A DNA stretch of 62,816 bases, counting the filler, from Lenisia limosa (taxonomy: Eukaryota > Protista > Breviatea), in assembly GCA_001655205.1 (NCBI GenBank). It is 14 parts of 14 records of this genome, joined end to end, with 100 filler letters (N's around TTAATTAATTAA, not from the genome) between each part and the next. Parts side by side here need not be neighbours in the genome. Positions count along the whole stretch, not along the records: positions 50,162 to 62,816 come from LPNZ01008706.1; 13 more parts are not named here. One strand, written 5' to 3'. Of the stretch, positions 62,101 through 62,816 are shown in pieces. The notes below the pieces were generated by a model. It was given only the letters and a program-made list of their open reading frames with translations, was not told where the DNA came from and ran no database searches. Position 1 is the stretch's first letter. The number at the start of each line of letters is the position of its first letter. Made by a program: the position numbers and the translations under genes.

Positions 62101-62816
62101 TATATTGATATTCCACCATTCATATTTCTTTCTTGTGTTAAGAGCTCTTCTTCACATACAGTCGGAACTGCATACACACGAGCAAAGTACCACAAATGCT
62201 GTCAATGCAACTGGAGACTTGAGAGTAGCGTTTTCGTCAACTCAAGCCGAACTCAACTGTAAGATCATTGTCCCATAGTAGCAAGCTCATTTTCACTTGC
62301 TTTCCTTCCCTACATCTTTGTTTATTGTTTAGCTTTAAAGAGCAGAAGCACAAAACACATTTCATCCCTGGAGAGTAAATTCTCTGATATGGTATGTGGA
62401 GGGAGGGCGGCATCTTTAATGGTCAAAATAGCCATTTACTAAGGCTCCGTGCAGTTAATTGAAAAATGAATTTTGAAATTTGAAGAGGTCATATTGTGAC
62501 GACAACCTCTTTTCAGACACTTATTTCAAATGTTCCAATTCATTTCTTCAGCCCTACTTTACTTTAGAACTCAAAATAACAGCAAAAATCATGCATCAAT
62601 TTTTGCATATATTATATAATATCAAACCCAGCTGAAGATCGATAACGATAATGCCAACTTGTTAACCCCAATATCCTGAGTTCCTATTGTTAACAATTCA
62701 GACCTCATCAATGACCGCACGATTCGAGCAAATGGGTGAAGAGCTGAAGAGCCATATTGCGAATCAAGTGGGGGGGGGGGATGAAAATTGATGAAAAACA
62801 ATCAAGTAACACTCCA
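53161..62816 (+). CDS. Large protein: N-terminal WW domain, Ser/Pro-rich region, long coiled coil; continues past the window
   Basis: MEQAPLPEGWIEAISDGN|IYFCNPTTGESSYTRP is a WW domain. Many in-phase exons follow, including the E/K/R-rich ORFs 56445-57146 and 57697-58194, and further coiled-coil exons to the donor at 62768. Confidence 0.8.
58338..58575. repeat. Intronic minisatellite, variable ~30-45-nt unit
   Basis: Repeated GATTGGCCAATCGTGGTAGGTTA(C/T)GTCTTTCATTCCC segments. Confidence 0.85.
61135..61285. repeat. Intronic pyrimidine-rich tandem repeat
   Basis: (CTCATCCCTCTT)n-type array upstream of an acceptor. Confidence 0.85.

Noticed and set aside
1-62816. tRNA, rRNA, transposase or reverse-transcriptase genes
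   Set aside because: None recognisable by eye; a tRNAscan/Infernal/HMM search was not possible, so absence is not proven.

Overview
Intron-rich eukaryotic genomic DNA from a gappy draft scaffold. It is AT-rich, with many N-runs and 13 artificial N-TTAATTAATTAA-N spacers. The FERM, LRRC45-like, RhoGDI, AMSH and Cdc25 genes are compatible with a unicellular opisthokont/holozoan-type protist, but the taxon is an inference. By manually splicing GT-AG exons I find about 18 genes or gene fragments: a LamG-like protein, a coiled-coil 3' fragment, RhoGDI, SERP1/RAMP4, FA2H, PEX12, an unknown gene, ATG3, CDC25, LRRC45-like, a candidate antisense gene nested in LRRC45, a PX protein, eIF3m (apparently split by a mis-oriented contig), a PH protein, a TLC protein, AMSH/STAMBP, an unknown acidic-tail gene, a FERM protein and a large WW/coiled-coil protein. 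Genes mostly alternate strand, with very short spacers. The most striking signal is in the introns. Two dispersed repeat families are almost always co-oriented with the host gene: family A (~150-170 bp) begins exactly at functional GT donors in four cases, and family C (~100-135 bp) runs into functional AG acceptors. Introns also often have G-tracts after donors and C-tracts before acceptors. Together these suggest splice-signal-carrying (introner-like) elements building introns. Several palindromic MITE families and tandem duplications across splice sites are also present. All gene models are manual; no database search was run.
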